Shown here: one piece after another, positions 36,576 to 50,863 of the stretch | How positions within the stretch are numbered: the stretch's first letter is position 1 | Layout: every line of letters begins with the position of its first letter | Assembly (NCBI GenBank): GCA_047495785.1 | Contig: JBLDXI010000009.1 | Location: 1,240,001 to 1,304,000 of the forward strand | Length of the DNA: 64,000 bases | DNA from: Lepidodermella squamata | Lineage: Eukaryota > Animalia > Gastrotricha | Direction of reading: 5' to 3' | The notes under the pieces: model-generated | Told to the model about the DNA's origin: nothing | What the model saw: only the letters and a program-made list of their open reading frames with translations | Databases searched by the model: none | Translations under genes and position numbers: made by a program

Positions 36576-39500
36576 TCAAAAGAAGGTCATGCGATAGTCT
36601 TGTTGTGACACCCGTTTCGGCCTAGGTTTGGCGGCGCCGGCATGCAAGGTGCCCAACTGATCGGACTCAGGCTCGTCAGCTTGAAACGCAGCGTTGCCGT
36701 AGTACTGAAGCTTTTGGCCATTCGGGTCGCTGTCAGGCGGCGCCGGCGTTTGTTGCTGCTCGGGTATATTGTTGAAATACGCCTTCTGACCGCGGGCCGA
36801 TGCGCGGCCTGTCATTTGACGCGTCGCCGTAGCGCCACGCATGCGCGCACTTTCGCGCAGTACACCCGACTGAATGAGGTCACCCATGCCGGGTTGCTGT
36901 GAGAACGCATAGCCAGAACCGAAGCGGCTGCGGCGGATCGTCGAACCGCCTCGCCTGACTGCCAACTGGTTGTAGTCGTCCGGTTGCTTCTTTTCTGTTC
37001 GCTGGAGTGCGCGAACTCGGTCAGTGAGAGATGTCTATAAAATAGCTAATTGGTACCAAATTAATTTTATTATAAAAAACCCACCTTAACGACTTGAGAA
37101 AATGCTCGAACAACGATGACAGGGATGCAACACGCAGCCATGATGACAGCGAAGCAAAGCCAGAAAACAGGCGATGTCCATACCACGTAAACAATACCGT
37201 AAGAATCGAACTGGTACTGCATAGCTGCGAGAATTTCAGCGAACGCGACTTGCAGCACGAAAACAGCGGCGATGCTGAAAATGAAGATGGAAACAAAGTT
37301 GAGAACAGTCCAGTAGGACATCTCCAGGGCGCAGCGGATTGACACGACAACGACGAGTGTTGTACCAACGGCGCATCCGAACGCCGAGTGGCTGGTCAGA
37401 ATGTTGGAGCCATCGAAATGCATCGAGTCGCCAAAGCCGTAGCGCATGATGAAAAAGCTGACGGCAGAGGCGTAGAAGCCTTCGAAGCAGGACGTAACAA
37501 AAAGGGGTAGGTTGAAGAACGCGTTTCGTAAACCGGGCTGATACAACTGGACGTAAGTTTGCGAGTAGTAGGAATTGACATCTTGCTCCACCCAGCCGTA
37601 GACTATGATAGGCGTTGCGGTGTAGATCAAATTGTAACACATGATAAGCCACTGGTCGTACAGCGAGTTGGCCGACCAGCCGCAGTAGATGCCGAACCAA
37701 AAGTGGCCGAGTGAGAAGGCGAAATTTTTGTAGAAAAAGTAGCGCAGAAAAATTGCGATGCGTAGATACGCCCACCGGCCGTGGACGAGCAGCAGTTTTT
37801 GAAGAAAGCGAAATTGGCCGAATGAAAAATCACTCGCCAGAACGGCTTGCATACCTTCTTGACCAGAAATACCAACGCCAATATGCGCTGTTTTAATCAT
37901 ATTCCTGAAAAATGGGGAAAAAATTAATTAGCATAAAATTCGAATATTCCAAATTCACAAGAAGATAAACTATTTTATTAAATTATTATTGATTAAATTA
38001 TTTTTATTAATTATTAAATTAATAAATTTGTTAATTTGAAAAATAGCGGTTGATTTCATGAGACTTACACATCGTTTGCGCCATCCCCAATGGCCAACGT
38101 GACAGTTTTCTTGTTCCGCTTGACTAGATCGACAACCATAGCCTTCTGCAGCGGCGTGACTCGGCAGCAAATAACGGCCTTGCAAGAGCATGCGACGTCG
38201 AGAAATAGCTGTTCCAACTTTGGGTGCAAGGCATGTACCAGGCTAGGCCCATTTATCACAAGAGCGAAGCCGTCGAATTTCGAAGGAACCGGCAAGGGCG
38301 GTGGCCGCTTTAACGCGGCACTCGGTAGGCCACCGCCTGGCATCTTCGGGTCACCACTCAATGGCGCTAATTGCGAGATGGGCGCCTGAACTGATTGCTG
38401 GGTGAAATAAGTTCCGTGGCTCAGTTGCGTCTGGATCTTATCCATCGACTGGCGAGTTTTGATCAGTTGCTGCTTCACATCGATCGGCATCTCGGCGTCG
38501 ATGATGAACTCTTCCATAGTTTCAGTCAGCATATTGCACGAATAGCCGATGTTGATAGCGGTTTCTTGCTTGTCGCCAGTCAATACCCACAATTTTATAC
38601 CAGCTTTTGCCAAATTGAAAATTGTCTCAGGCACGCCGTCTTGCAGCTTGTCTTCAATCGCAGTGGCTCCGATTAAATAAAGCCCGTTTTCGATTTCTTC
38701 GTAACAAGCCGCAAGTTTCTCATCACGGCCCTCTAGAGAAGTGCTATAAGAAAAAATTGAGATATTTCGAAGAAATGTTGGAGGATATCTTACCTTGCCA
38801 TATGATACTTTCGCGACCACACCGCCCACATATCGTCGTCGATTTCCTTAGTGCCCAAACACAACGTTCGCAGGCCAGTTCCGGCGTATTCATGCAGCTG
38901 AGCTTTGATCTTCTCTCCCATATCACGCGACCGGCGATCGATCAGTCCCAACACCAGGGAGTCAGCGCCTTTGCATAACAAACAACGGCGGCCCTCGCGC
39001 TGCACGATGACTGACATGCGTTTCCTTACGTTGTCGAAATCGAGGACGCAAAGTAACTCGTAGACCCGTTCAACGCCCAGAACGCTGATTGTAATCGATG
39101 TTGGAGTTCGGGACCGGTAGACGAAACCGAAATTTCTCGCCGCCCCGACAAGGGCCGCTTCATCTGGGGACTGGGCTTTATACACCAATTTATCATCTTC
39201 GTCGTAATCAGCGATAACTGTATGGCACAACGCGATAAGGGTCCAGAATTCATGCACGTCCTTCTGGCCCTTTTTGACGTCATCGAGAAGGGATTTGTCG
39301 TAGAAATTGAACCGAGGGTCGAAATAATTAGGCTCGTGATCGGAGAAATCGACATGATGCTGCTTCCTATTTTGATCTGTCAACGGTATAACTCGACCGT
39401 TTTTGTCCCGAGGATCGCCATACATGCGCCCCATAATGGAGCATTTGTTAAAGGTCATGATATTTTGCGTCAAAGTCCCAGTTTTGTCCGAGAATATGTA

Positions 39501-41060
39501 CTCGATCTGCCCGAGTTCTTCGTTCAGCGTTGTAGTTCGCGCACAAGCCGCCACGTCGACCCCGTCGTAGTACATGTCCTTATCCTGGTTGATGAAGACT
39601 CTCGACAGGAACATGCGGATGAATTCGACGGAGACGTAGAGAGAAATCGGAATCAAGGTTTGGATTAAAATTAAGTAAGACAACATGGTTATCAGAGCGA
39701 CAATAGCTGGTTGGTTGTTCGCAACCGCGTGCCATAATGAGTACTGTTTGAAGTAAGTCCCAATAGTACTTTCGAACACGAAACACAACACGCAAGCGGC
39801 AATCAGCAGCGCGCCGAGAAGTCCGAGAATGCCTTGTTAAAAAATTAATAAACTTTTTACTTAATTTAAGGTTCAAAGCTTACATAGAATAAGCTTATTG
39901 GCTAGGATATCGATTTGAGTACGCTTCATCGTCGTTTTACCGGCGTTCTTCATCAACTTAGTATCCTGTCCGGCGAACAGGATGAGTCCGAAAATCCACG
40001 TTGTATTGCGCAGGGTGCAACCTCGCAGGATTACGTTATCATTGCCGATAGAGTACTTTGCACCCAGCCACTCGAGGCGGCCTTCGAATTTGCTCAAATT
40101 ATTGTTCGGCGGTTCGCATTTAATTAAACCGTCGAAGAGTGCCAACTTTTCACGCTCATCTTTCAGCTTCTGGCTATCGGCCAACGCCTGGCGAACTTTC
40201 AAATTCGTCTCACCGTCGAGTTCAAGAGTTTCAATAAAACACAGCCCGTTTTCGTCGCTGGTCGACAGAATCAAAATATCAGCCGGGATGGGCTGGTTGC
40301 ATCGGATCATAACGACTTGGCCCACTCGAAGGCGCTTCCACGGGGTCGCGGTCAATTTCCGACCGCCGGGTGTTATCAAATGAGCATCTCGATTGTTGAT
40401 TCGGCTATCGGACCGGTGCCGTTGGATATCATCAATTAAATCTTTTAGCGCCGTCAAGCCAAGCACAACAACTGAAAAATTAAAAGGTTAAAAATGGCAG
40501 AAAATAAAAGATATTACCGAATGGAATAATTGTAGTCACTGGATTCACCGGAGAAATCAGCGGTATCGACTGTGTTATAAATTACGATTATAGCTAATTA
40601 TTTGACGGTCAGGAATAAAATAACTTGCCTGAAGGATGACTAGAATTAAAAAATAAATATTGGCGAACCGGTGGAACTGCTCGAAGAGATTAAGTGGCAA
40701 AAACGTAATGACATTGTAGCGAGAAGTTTTGATTGAATTATCACAGTATTCAAATTTATCATTGAACTCGGGATGGGCGCCACGGACTATCCGCTGCGTT
40801 TCAACCTTCTGCTTCTGTGGTATGATGTCATCCTCAGATTTAGCGTTCGGTTGAAACGGCACAGGGGGCGGGACGGGCGCGCCTGTTCGAGGCCGCGCTG
40901 ATTTCGGGCCATTCGCGCCTGTCGTCGGCCGGGCCGAGGACGGAGGGGCGCCGTAGCGAGATGTCGCCGACGGCGGCGGCTGTTGCCGGCTAACGGCCGA
41001 CGGCATCGGGTTTCGGGAAACAGCAGAAGTAGGACCATTATAACCACCGGTAGAAGTCAT
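36576..41060 (-). CDS. P4-ATPase flippase, ATP8B-like (copy 2); exons 41060-40629, 40569-40518, 40471-39884, 39832-38794, 38743-38069, 37904-37085, 37034-36576
   Basis: All P-type/P4 motifs intact; C-terminal SGYAFSQ; first coding intron has a GC donor (CAG|gcaagt). Confidence 0.92.
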
Positions 41061-43808
41061 CTAAAAAACTCGAGAATAATGACCTGATTTAATTGAGCAA
41101 TTGACTGACTCACCGATTTATGGTCACTATTAAGAAGTTATTACAGCATTACTATTTGATTATTCTGCCGAAAAAAATCGGCTGTGTTTTTTATGCCTTT
41201 GCGCACCAGGTGTATGGGCGAAGAAGCCGTTGTCGTTCACTTGTTCGCGCTTCGTCGCCTCCGCCTTGTATATCTTCTATTAGTAAATGTTTTGCACCAG
41301 TGTCTTCGCAACGATCAGAAAAACGTCGAAGGTGGCGCGATCGTTATTTTCTCCGCTCCTCTCACAGCAGCAGCAGCAGCGGCAGTCGTCTTATTTTCTA
41401 TTCCGCATGCCAAACATAAGAAGTGTTAACAATAATTTTTTATACTCCCTATACAGTAGTTGTATTAACATATGCACATAGGTATATACACTCACGAAAG
41501 AGAATAAAAGAGTAGGAGAAGAATGGAAAATGTGTCTCATGGTAGATGTTGCGATTAGTAATGCGATGAAGGCGAACAGCAGGTGCTTTGTGCATTTTTT
41601 ATTGCATACCTGTTCGGGCGGCGACTTTTTTGTCATATATTATGCGACAACGAGCGTTTTTTATTGCTTCGCGCCCGCTCGAAGAAGAAGGTCGATAAAC
41701 GCGGGATCGAAGCGTGAAAAAGTATTATCATTTGACAGCAAATAAAAAATTATTTGATCATCACCGAAAGGGATTGGTTTTTTATTGCTGGTAGGGAAGC
41801 CAAGATTTTTCTTGAATTAATTCGAAAAGTTTTCAATAAAACTGTCAGCAATTTGTTCAAGCCAAACGCTAGGCGAGAAAAAAGGCGTAAGTAAACAGAA
41901 GATTTCATCAACGAAAAATAAATATGGAAAAAATTATAATAATAATATATTGGATGTCAACCGCTCCTCATACGGCGTGTGAAATGCATACGAGAGTGTA
42001 GGTAGCCTATCTCGCCTGTAATATTTAGAGCAAATAAAGATGTAGGTGCAGACCGAAGGCGACTTTTACACTATATGCGGCAAATTTTTCGCGGCCAGCG
42101 CATGCTCGCAAAGTATAAGATGACGAGTCGCGAGCGCGGGTACATTTGCGTTTTTTCGGGTCGATAAATACGTACCGCTTCAGCATACATGTAGGTATAG
42201 GTATAAGCACATTCATGCGCTTAGCAGCACGCATTCGCCGCGGATGCGCTACTCACAGCAGTAATAAACCTGTATGTAATAACATACATATTATATATTG
42301 CTCGAATGTACGTATTTTTCAATTGAGATATTACTTATAGTAAAGGTAAGCGCGGCCTCTCCTGGTCGAAAAAATGCGTGTCATCTTGTCGGCGCCAAGC
42401 CAAGCGGCAGCGAAACACGCTCATTCTGTAAAACCAACGACGATCGATTAGAAAAAACAAATAGAAAAAAAACGATGAAACTTTTTTTACTGTTGAGTAA
42501 GCAAAGGTGGCTGTTTTTTCTAGCTCTTTTTTTACACACTCAAGAAAAAAACGGTAATGCACCGAAAATTTCAGTCTCATTACCATAAAACTTGTACACG
42601 AAAAAAGGCACGTGACTTCAAACCAAGATTTTACTTCATTTTTTCAACAATTCAGCGAAAGACTGAAAAGCGCGCAGAAGAAAAAAATATATAATTTGTC
42701 TCCTCGGTTTTTGCATGGCAATAAGCAGCTCATCTTCATCATCAGTTTTTACAATAATAATAATTTTTCGTTTCACCTTGAAAACAAAAAGCGGCAAATC
42801 GCCACCGCAGCCGATTCAAATTTGTATACATTCAATTGGTTTAATAAAGCGAGGCTATATAGCAAAATAAAACATTTTTTTTTCAGCCACTTCCTCGTCA
42901 TTTGCTTCATATCAAATAGAAAGATGATTCGAGCTCTAATAATGTTGTGTATGTGATGATAACCGGGTTGCATCATTTTTCGATATCTTTTCGTTTTTAG
43001 TATTCGATAGATAAGTTATATAAAAATTCGTAATATTTTCAGGCAATCGTGTGACCGTTCGAGTTGTTCGACGACGTTGTTTTTTCACGAGCGGAATTTG
43101 TGCCAAATACCGGTGGGCTGAGACTTTGCCGCTCGTCATCGGAGTAAACAACCGCCTCAGGTGGGGCTTGTCCGACCGAATTTCGTTTCAAGCGAGGTGG
43201 CGGTTGTTTCTTCGCCGCCGTAGCAGTACTACACGAGAATTGCCGGAAAATAGTGTCAGTGAAAAAGTTACAAAAAACCACGGGTTAAATTCGATCACAA
43301 TAATTTAGTAGTAATAATTAGTAGAAAAATAGTTCCAAAAGACGCTTGTTGATATTGTGAAAAACACTCTGCATATGAATTGACGGTGTCACCGAGTTAT
43401 TCGAATCGTGTGAAGGCGCGCTCTCAGCTAAGGCATTAGTCGTCCACACACATCATGCACCAAGCGTGAGTTGTATCTATGAATAATTTCTTCGCAGTGT
43501 CACATATCAATCGCTCTCGCATTGGCTTCAGACGCCAGCTCCGGAAAGCGCCCTAAGTTACAGACAAAAATTAAGTCCATAATTGTTGCTAGGGCTATAT
43601 ATAGATAGCTCTTCTTCAAATCGAAACTTGGAAAAATAAGCGGCATTCAAGCAAAAATTCAAGCGAAATCAAGGGAAAGAAAGCATGCGTCATGAAAAAA
43701 ATGAAAGCGTGCGGGTAATTTTTCACAATTAAACAAGCGTCTAAATTACATTAAATTCGATTCAAACGAAATTTGAATCGAATCGAATGGGGTAGTTAAT
43801 TAGGTTTT

Positions 43809-46800
43809 TTACCTAGGTCTCGACGAAGTGCTTTCGCGAAGAACACCACTTGAAATCATGCTTCCAATGCCGGTTTGTTGAGCGAAAGCAAAGCCTGAGC
43901 TCATTCGGCTACGTCGCAACGCCGAAGCGCCACGCCGGACAGCCAGTTGATTGTAGTCTTCAGGTCGCTTCTTCTCCGTCATCTGTTTAACCTGGCAGCG
44001 GTAGGACAGCGGCGATCGGATGAGGACCCAGAGGTAGCGGATGAAAAGAACCGGTAAGCAGCATAGGGTGACTGCAACTAAGCTCGATAGCCAGAAGTCG
44101 GGCGATTTCCAAACAGCGTAGGCTATACTATAGTACTCAAATTCCTGCTCGAGGTAAGCCAGCAATTCGGCGATGATGATTTGAATAACAAAAATGGCTA
44201 GGATGCTGAGGAAGGGCGTGAAGTTGAGCGGCGTCCAGTTGGACATTTCCATGGCGCAGCGGATCGTGACGACAAACGTTGTTGTCGTGGCAACGGCGAC
44301 GCCAAGCGCGTGGTAACTGCTCGTCACGCCCGTCCCATCCGGCAGGTTGAATTCAGCAAAGCCATAATGCATGAAAAAATAACAGACAACTGAGGCGATG
44401 AAACCCTCGGCGCATGACAGCAGGAAAAACGGCAGGTTGAATAGAATGTTTTTCGGACCGGGGAAGTATAATTTCGGGTAGGTTTGCGAGTAATAAGCGT
44501 TAACATCCTGTTCTATCCACGCGTAGTTGATAATAGGCGTGGACGTGTAGATGACGTTGTAGAAGGCAATGTACCACTGGTCGTAGACGGAGGCCGCTGA
44601 CCATCCGCAGTAGATGCCAAACCAGAAGTGGCATAGTGTGAAGACGAAATTTTTGTAGAAAAAATAGCGCAGAAACATGGCTACTCGAATGTAGCCCCAG
44701 CGGCCGTGTACTAACAGCAGTTTTTGAAGGAAACGAAATTGCCCGAATGAGAAATCACTCGACAGAACGGCTTGCATACCCTCCTGGCCGGATATTCCAA
44801 CGCCAATGTGAGCCGTTTTAATCATGTTTCTGTAAAATAGGGATAAATTAGCATAAATTAAAATATTAAATTAAATTAAAATTCGCACATTGAAAAAATT
44901 TAAATTTAAATTGACCGTTAACAAGTGAAAACTGGAGTTGGCGACATTTTTGACATCGTAGATTTTGATGCCGGCTCAAGATCAATGAACGAGGAAGAGA
45001 TTTTGATAGTGGTCAGGGTTGCTGAGAAAATGGACTTCAAAGTTCACGGATAAAAATTGCTAATTTCGAAAAATGCGCGAATAAAAAATAATTTAGTTTT
45101 TTATTGCATCATTTCAAAATTCCCCACGCAATAAATTCTGATGTTATTTTCTTATGCACAGTTGATATTTCTAAGGGTAATCTGAGGTGAGGAATCTCGC
45201 TATATATTTTAAAATTTTGTTGGGATCAAGATAGTATATCTACGACAACCAGAATCAATAACACTTTTCAGGGCTGCTCTGGGGTTTTTCGTATTTTAAG
45301 GCGGATGGGAGCCGACTAGAGGTCTGAAATTTGAGCATTTCAAATCCTCAAGAAAAACTGAGTCAGAAAACCTTGGAATCCAAGAATTGTCCCAGTTGGA
45401 GTGAAAACACTCTTTGCGATTTGCTGGAAAATTCAGAAAATTCGCCAAACCCCAATTTTCACTTATTTTCGGTCAAATTCAGTTTTTTATGGCATCAGTT
45501 AATAATTCGTCGCGCAATAAAATCTGATGGTCTTTTCTTATGTGCAGTTAGGATTTTTGGGGGTAATCTGAGGTAAGGAATCTTGCTAGATGTTCAAAAA
45601 TTTCGATGGAGTCAAGCTAGTGCTTCCACGTCAACCTAAATCGACAAGCCTTTTCGGCGACACTTTGGGTTCTCTCGTCTTTTGAGGTGGATGGGAACCT
45701 CCAAGAGGTCTGAATTTTTTAAATTCAAAATCCTCAAGAAAAACTTAGTAAGGACATCTAGGTATCCAAGAATCTTCCCTCTTCAAGTCAAGACTCTTTT
45801 TGCTGGAAAATACAGAGAATACGCTAAACTCCACTTTTCACTTTTTAACGGTCAATTTTTTTTAATTTTCCAAACTTTTAGACTCGTGAAATTCGAATTA
45901 GACTTACACATCATTGGCACCATCGCCAATCGCCAGGGTCAAAGCGTTACATTTCCGCTTGACCAAATCGACAACTTTGCCCTTTTGAAGCGGCGCGACA
46001 CGGCAGCAGATGACAGCCTGGCAAGAAGTGGCCACGTTGAGGAACAATTCCTCCATTTCATCGGTTAGGGCGTGGAATAGGCTGTGGCCGTTGATGATCA
46101 ACGCAAAGTGCTCCGAGGTATCAACTGGTAGCCGCGCTGTAGCCGGTCGACTCCTAGCAGCCGCTTGATTATTCATATTATTTTGAGACGACGAGTTGTT
46201 CAACGCAGCGTTCATCGAAACAGGTACCGTAAAACTAGTTTCCTGCATCGATTTGCTGATGTCATCAATCTGAGTACGGTAAAGCCGAAGCTGCCGTTCG
46301 ACGCCGGCGTAGTCTTCCGCATCGACGATAAACTCTTCCATTGTGTCGCGGAGCATGTTGCAAGAATAGCCGATGTTTATAGCCGTCTCCTGTTTGTCCC
46401 CGGTCAGAACCCAAATTTTGATCCCGGCGCGGGCGAGGTTGTAAATCGTCTCTGGGACACCCTCTTGCAGCTTATCTTCCACAGCCGTCGCGCCGATTAG
46501 GGTCATATTTTGCTCGATTTCGATGTAGCAACCATACACCTGACTCTCACGGTTATCTAAAGAGGTACTAGCCCTTTGATACCGCGTGTTCCAGTCATTC
46601 CATTCCGCATCGGTCAGGTCTCTTACAGCGCAGCAAAGGGTTCGCAGGCCACTGCCGGCGAATTCGTTCAAATGCGCCTTGGTTCGCTCAACCATGTCAG
46701 ACTGGCCATCTTTGAGCAGTTCGAGGATGCAGGTATCAGCGCCTTTACATAGCAACCGCTTTTTGCCGTCTTTTTGAACAATTACGGACATGCGTTTACG

Positions 46801-49002
46801 AACGTTATCGAAGTCGAGGATGCAGAGAACGTCGTAGGTAACCTCTTTGCCGAGAACTTCGATCGTCATCGAACTCTGGGTTCGACATTTGTAAACGAAG
46901 CCGAAATTTCTAGCGGCCCCAACTAGGGCTGCTTCATCAGGCGATTGAGCTTTGTATACCAACTGGCCGTCCTCTTCTACCTCGGAATTAATCGTATGGC
47001 ACAGTGCAAGTAGGGCGAAAAAGTCATGCACCTCGGATATGCCATGTCGCACATCGGCTAGCAAAGTCGGGTCGAAAAACTGGAACGATTTCTCCCAGTA
47101 TTTCGGCTCGTGCTTCGAGAAATCGACCTTGTACTTTGCAGCGTTTCGATTCGTAATTAGCACCACTTTACTTGTATCGAAATCGCGAGCGTCGCCATAC
47201 ATTTTCCCAGCGATTGAACACTTGTTAAAAGTCATTATATTCTGGGTTAACGTTCCGGTTTTATCCTAAAATAAAATTGTGTGTAATTCAGTTTGCAGCT
47301 TTCAGTTTTTCCAACTTACAGAGAAGACGTATTCGATTTGGCCGAGTTCTTCGTTGAGGGTAGTTGTCCGAGCACACGCCGGTGTGTCATTCGGCTCGTA
47401 GTACATATCGAGGTCCCCGTTGATGTAACCACGGCTTAGCATAATGCGGATGAGCTCGAATGTGACATAGAGAGATATCGGAATAAGCGTTTGAATCAAA
47501 ATGAGGTACGAAAAAAATTGCAGGACACCGATAATTTCCGGATTGATCTTGGGAACGTCCATCCACAACGAGTATGCCTCCTTGAAATTGTAGCCTTGGC
47601 CTTTTTCGAAGAAAAATCCCAAAACGGCCGCGATAATGAGCAAAGTTGTCAGCAAGCTGAAGATACCTGAAATTAAATTATTTGTAAAAAAATTTTAAAA
47701 TAAATTTAAGGCGCATACTAAGCAGAAATAGGTTGGCTAGCCGGTCGATTCGTGTCCGCTTCAGAACAGTTTTACCAGCATTTTTCATCAATTTCGTCTG
47801 TCTGCCGGTGAAAATGACTAAACCGGTAGCCCACGCCGTGTTTCGGATTGTGCAGCCCCGGTATAGGACAGCGCTGTTGTTCAGCGACAATTGCTCACCT
47901 TGGTAGTCAAGGCGGCCTTCAAATCGCGTCAAATTGTTATTCGGCGCCTCGCAATGAACCTCCCCGTTGAATGTCCCTAGCTGTTGCAGGTCATCGCCAA
48001 GCGGTTGCGTTTGAACCAAAGCTTGGCGGTACTTCAAATTCGTCTCACCGTCGAGATCGGCGGTTTCGATGAAGCACAAGCCGCTGCTTTCACTTGTCGA
48101 CAGCAGTAACAAATCGGCTGGGATTTTTTCGTTGTTTTTCAGCATAACGATTTGGCCGACTTGAACCTCGTGCCACCGGACTGATTTGAGCGTAAAATCC
48201 GGCGCCAGCACCGTCGCCTTGTGATTGTTGATCTTGTTGTCCGATTTATGCCGGAAAATATCGTCAATGCCATCTTTTAAGGCTGTTACGCCCAATACGA
48301 AGGCTATAAAATATTGAGTCAATAAAAAATTGAATTAATTTTAAATAATTACCTAAAGCAAGGGCTGTAGACAAAGGACTAACTGGGGAAACAACCGGAA
48401 TTGCCTGAAATTTTTCAAATTAATTTTAATTTTTTTTAAGCTGGATTTTCGAATTTTACCTGAAGAATCACCAGTAATAAAAAATAGACATTGGCAAATC
48501 GAAGGAATTGTTCGAACAAATTGAGTGGCAGAAACGTTAATATGTTATAACGCGAGGTTTTTATCGAATTATCACAGTAACGAAATTGGGCGTTGAACTC
48601 GGGCGCCGAGCCGCGAACAATGCGCATCGTCTCCTCGTTGTCATCGCGCCCCAGCAGTTGCCGGAAAGCCCGCTGCAGCGACCACGGCTCTTTTTTCACC
48701 GGAGCCGCCGCTGCAGCCGGGGCCGGGGCCGAGGTCGAGCCATTCGCCGGGCGGGCGGTCGTTTTATCCGCATCTGGCTGTTGCTTCGCGGCTGCTCGTT
48801 GCACAGCCGCTTGCTGCTTGTGGGAACTGACCATTTCGCCGGGCGAGACGCTGAGCAAATGCGGCCCGTGTAGCTTGCTGTGACCGGGTGGGGTGTCGAG
48901 GCGGCCACCGCTCGACGGCGCCGGCGATGGGGTGGTAGATTTAGCGATATCCTTGGAATGAATTGCATTTGCTGGGCCGTTTTCACCGGTTTCCTGCGTC
49001 AT
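43809..49002 (-). CDS. P4-ATPase flippase, ATP8B-like (copy 3); exons 49002-48460, 48404-48353, 48303-47719, 47666-47320, 47265-45908, 44829-43809 (a further small 3' exon is possible)
   Basis: DGETNLK, PISL, FS|DKTGT across an intron, GDGANDV, SGFAFAQ tail. Confidence 0.9.
45128..45880. repeat. Diverged tandem duplication (two copies, ~386-bp period) inside the largest intron of P4-ATPase copy 3
   Basis: Matching anchors gcaataaa.tctgatg (45128/45514), gggtaatctgaggt.aggaatct (45175/45561), aaatcctcaagaaaaact (45342/45728). Confidence 0.8.
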
Positions 49003-50863
49003 ACAACGAGGATGATAATTGCGCTACTATACACAATAATAATTATTTTATCTATAAAATCTTCTGCAATTATTACAAAAAATAACTTGCACCGAGTTGA
49101 CACATACAAAAGGTGAGCATAAAAATCTAAAAAACAACTCGTAAAAAAAGCGCTGCCCGGTGCTTGTCATCTTACATTCATGTACGTCAACGCCCCATAC
49201 TTTTTCTCAACTAATAATATTAATGTTGAAGCTGAGAGTTTTTCCTAATCCTTATACCTTTACATGTATAGTATAATATTAAGCTTAAGTGAAAACGCGC
49301 AAAAACTAAATGAACTTGACGTGTCTCGTTCAAAAACAGGGTGTAATGTATCTTGGCGACGCTCCCAGTTCTCCCGTGCGTTTTTTCTACAATATCAAAG
49401 ACGCGCGACTACTGCACTTGCCTCAATGAATAAAATGATCCAACATGTATCACGTGAATTTAAGGTAGTATATTTGATAATTATGACCACGTACTTGACG
49501 CGCGAATTTGTGAGCTAAAACACGCCTTTCTCTGGCGAGTTGTATAATTGAAAACTCGTGTGACTTGCTGGAAAAATTAATATTTAATAAGAAATATGCA
49601 GCGATGAATTAATTATATTATGTGCTGATTTTAATGCAGAGGGATCTACCTAAGTGAAGCAACCACGTAATTTCTAAATTGATATATATCTGGCTTAATT
49701 TATTGAGCTGATGCGTGAGATTATTACGCGGGTGACCACAAATCATAAACAAAAATTAATGCTACAAAATTGAAAAATTAGGAAATAGGACGATTTGTTG
49801 CAGACTGTCGACACATCTACATTGATATTAGCCGATATAGAAAAAACCGAAGCACCTGTAATAACGTTATTATTACTATTGAGAGACTAGCTTATTATAA
49901 TATTGGCACTATCGCTTTTTTTGCGGCAGTAGTCATATGCGTATACAGGTAAATAGAAAGGCTTTCACCATGGCTGTGTCACTCACAATAATATAATTTT
50001 TTATTGCCACACAGTCACGCAGCGTGTGTCATACTATGCAGGTATAATAGTAATTACATATATATAGTCTCGCGAAGCAGAGGGGAGGCAGAAAATTGTC
50101 ATGGCAACCGCGCACAAGACGCAGACACCGTATGAGCGCGGCGTTTTTTGCACATCGTTATATGTATATAAAACATCCGCATCGCTATAAAACGCCGATA
50201 CGTTTACGTGCACTGGATATACCTTCATACCTGCGCTGTTATATACGCTCGCGCACCGGAACTTGCTAACGGCGGAGTCATGTATAATAATCCTTGCAGA
50301 GCTAAAAAATTCAACCTCCCCTCCCTCATCCGCAGCTCGCTTTGTGATGGCGGCATAGCGTGACAACTATCTCATGACTGTCCACCCCTGTATCGTTGCG
50401 TCATGGCTGATTTTTATTGCGCCCTGATATGCTTTAAAATATGTCAAGCCTCGCAGAAATTTCAGGCGGAAAAAAAACGGTTGAGTAAACTTCAATTTCG
50501 CATACTCATTTATATCGCATGGCACACGATTTTTTTGCAGGTAAAAATCGATCTCTAAGTGTTTGCACTGCCAAGTGTACATAGGAACTGGGCGCTGTGT
50601 TAAGTGCTCAATTTAGCGCCATAGCAACGCGCGAAACGATGCGAGTGCAAGCCTAATCGACGTCGAAACAGCGCTGTGTTCGAAAATTGATAACGAAATT
50701 AAAACGCCGGTTGAAGACCCACGCAGCACCTATGGGGAGCACTCGAATTCGATCTACCTATCCTATGGAATAAATTCATTTTATTTGCCAAAAAAAACCA
50801 CCGAACACATTTTATTTTGCCAAAATTAAAATTCAATGATTGGGAAAAAAATGAGTAGAAAAA

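Noticed and set aside
41120-43308. Numerous short ORFs and a (CAG)5 tract upstream of flippase copy 2
   Set aside because: Overlapping ORFs on both strands with no protein-like features; consistent with 5'UTR and regulatory sequence.
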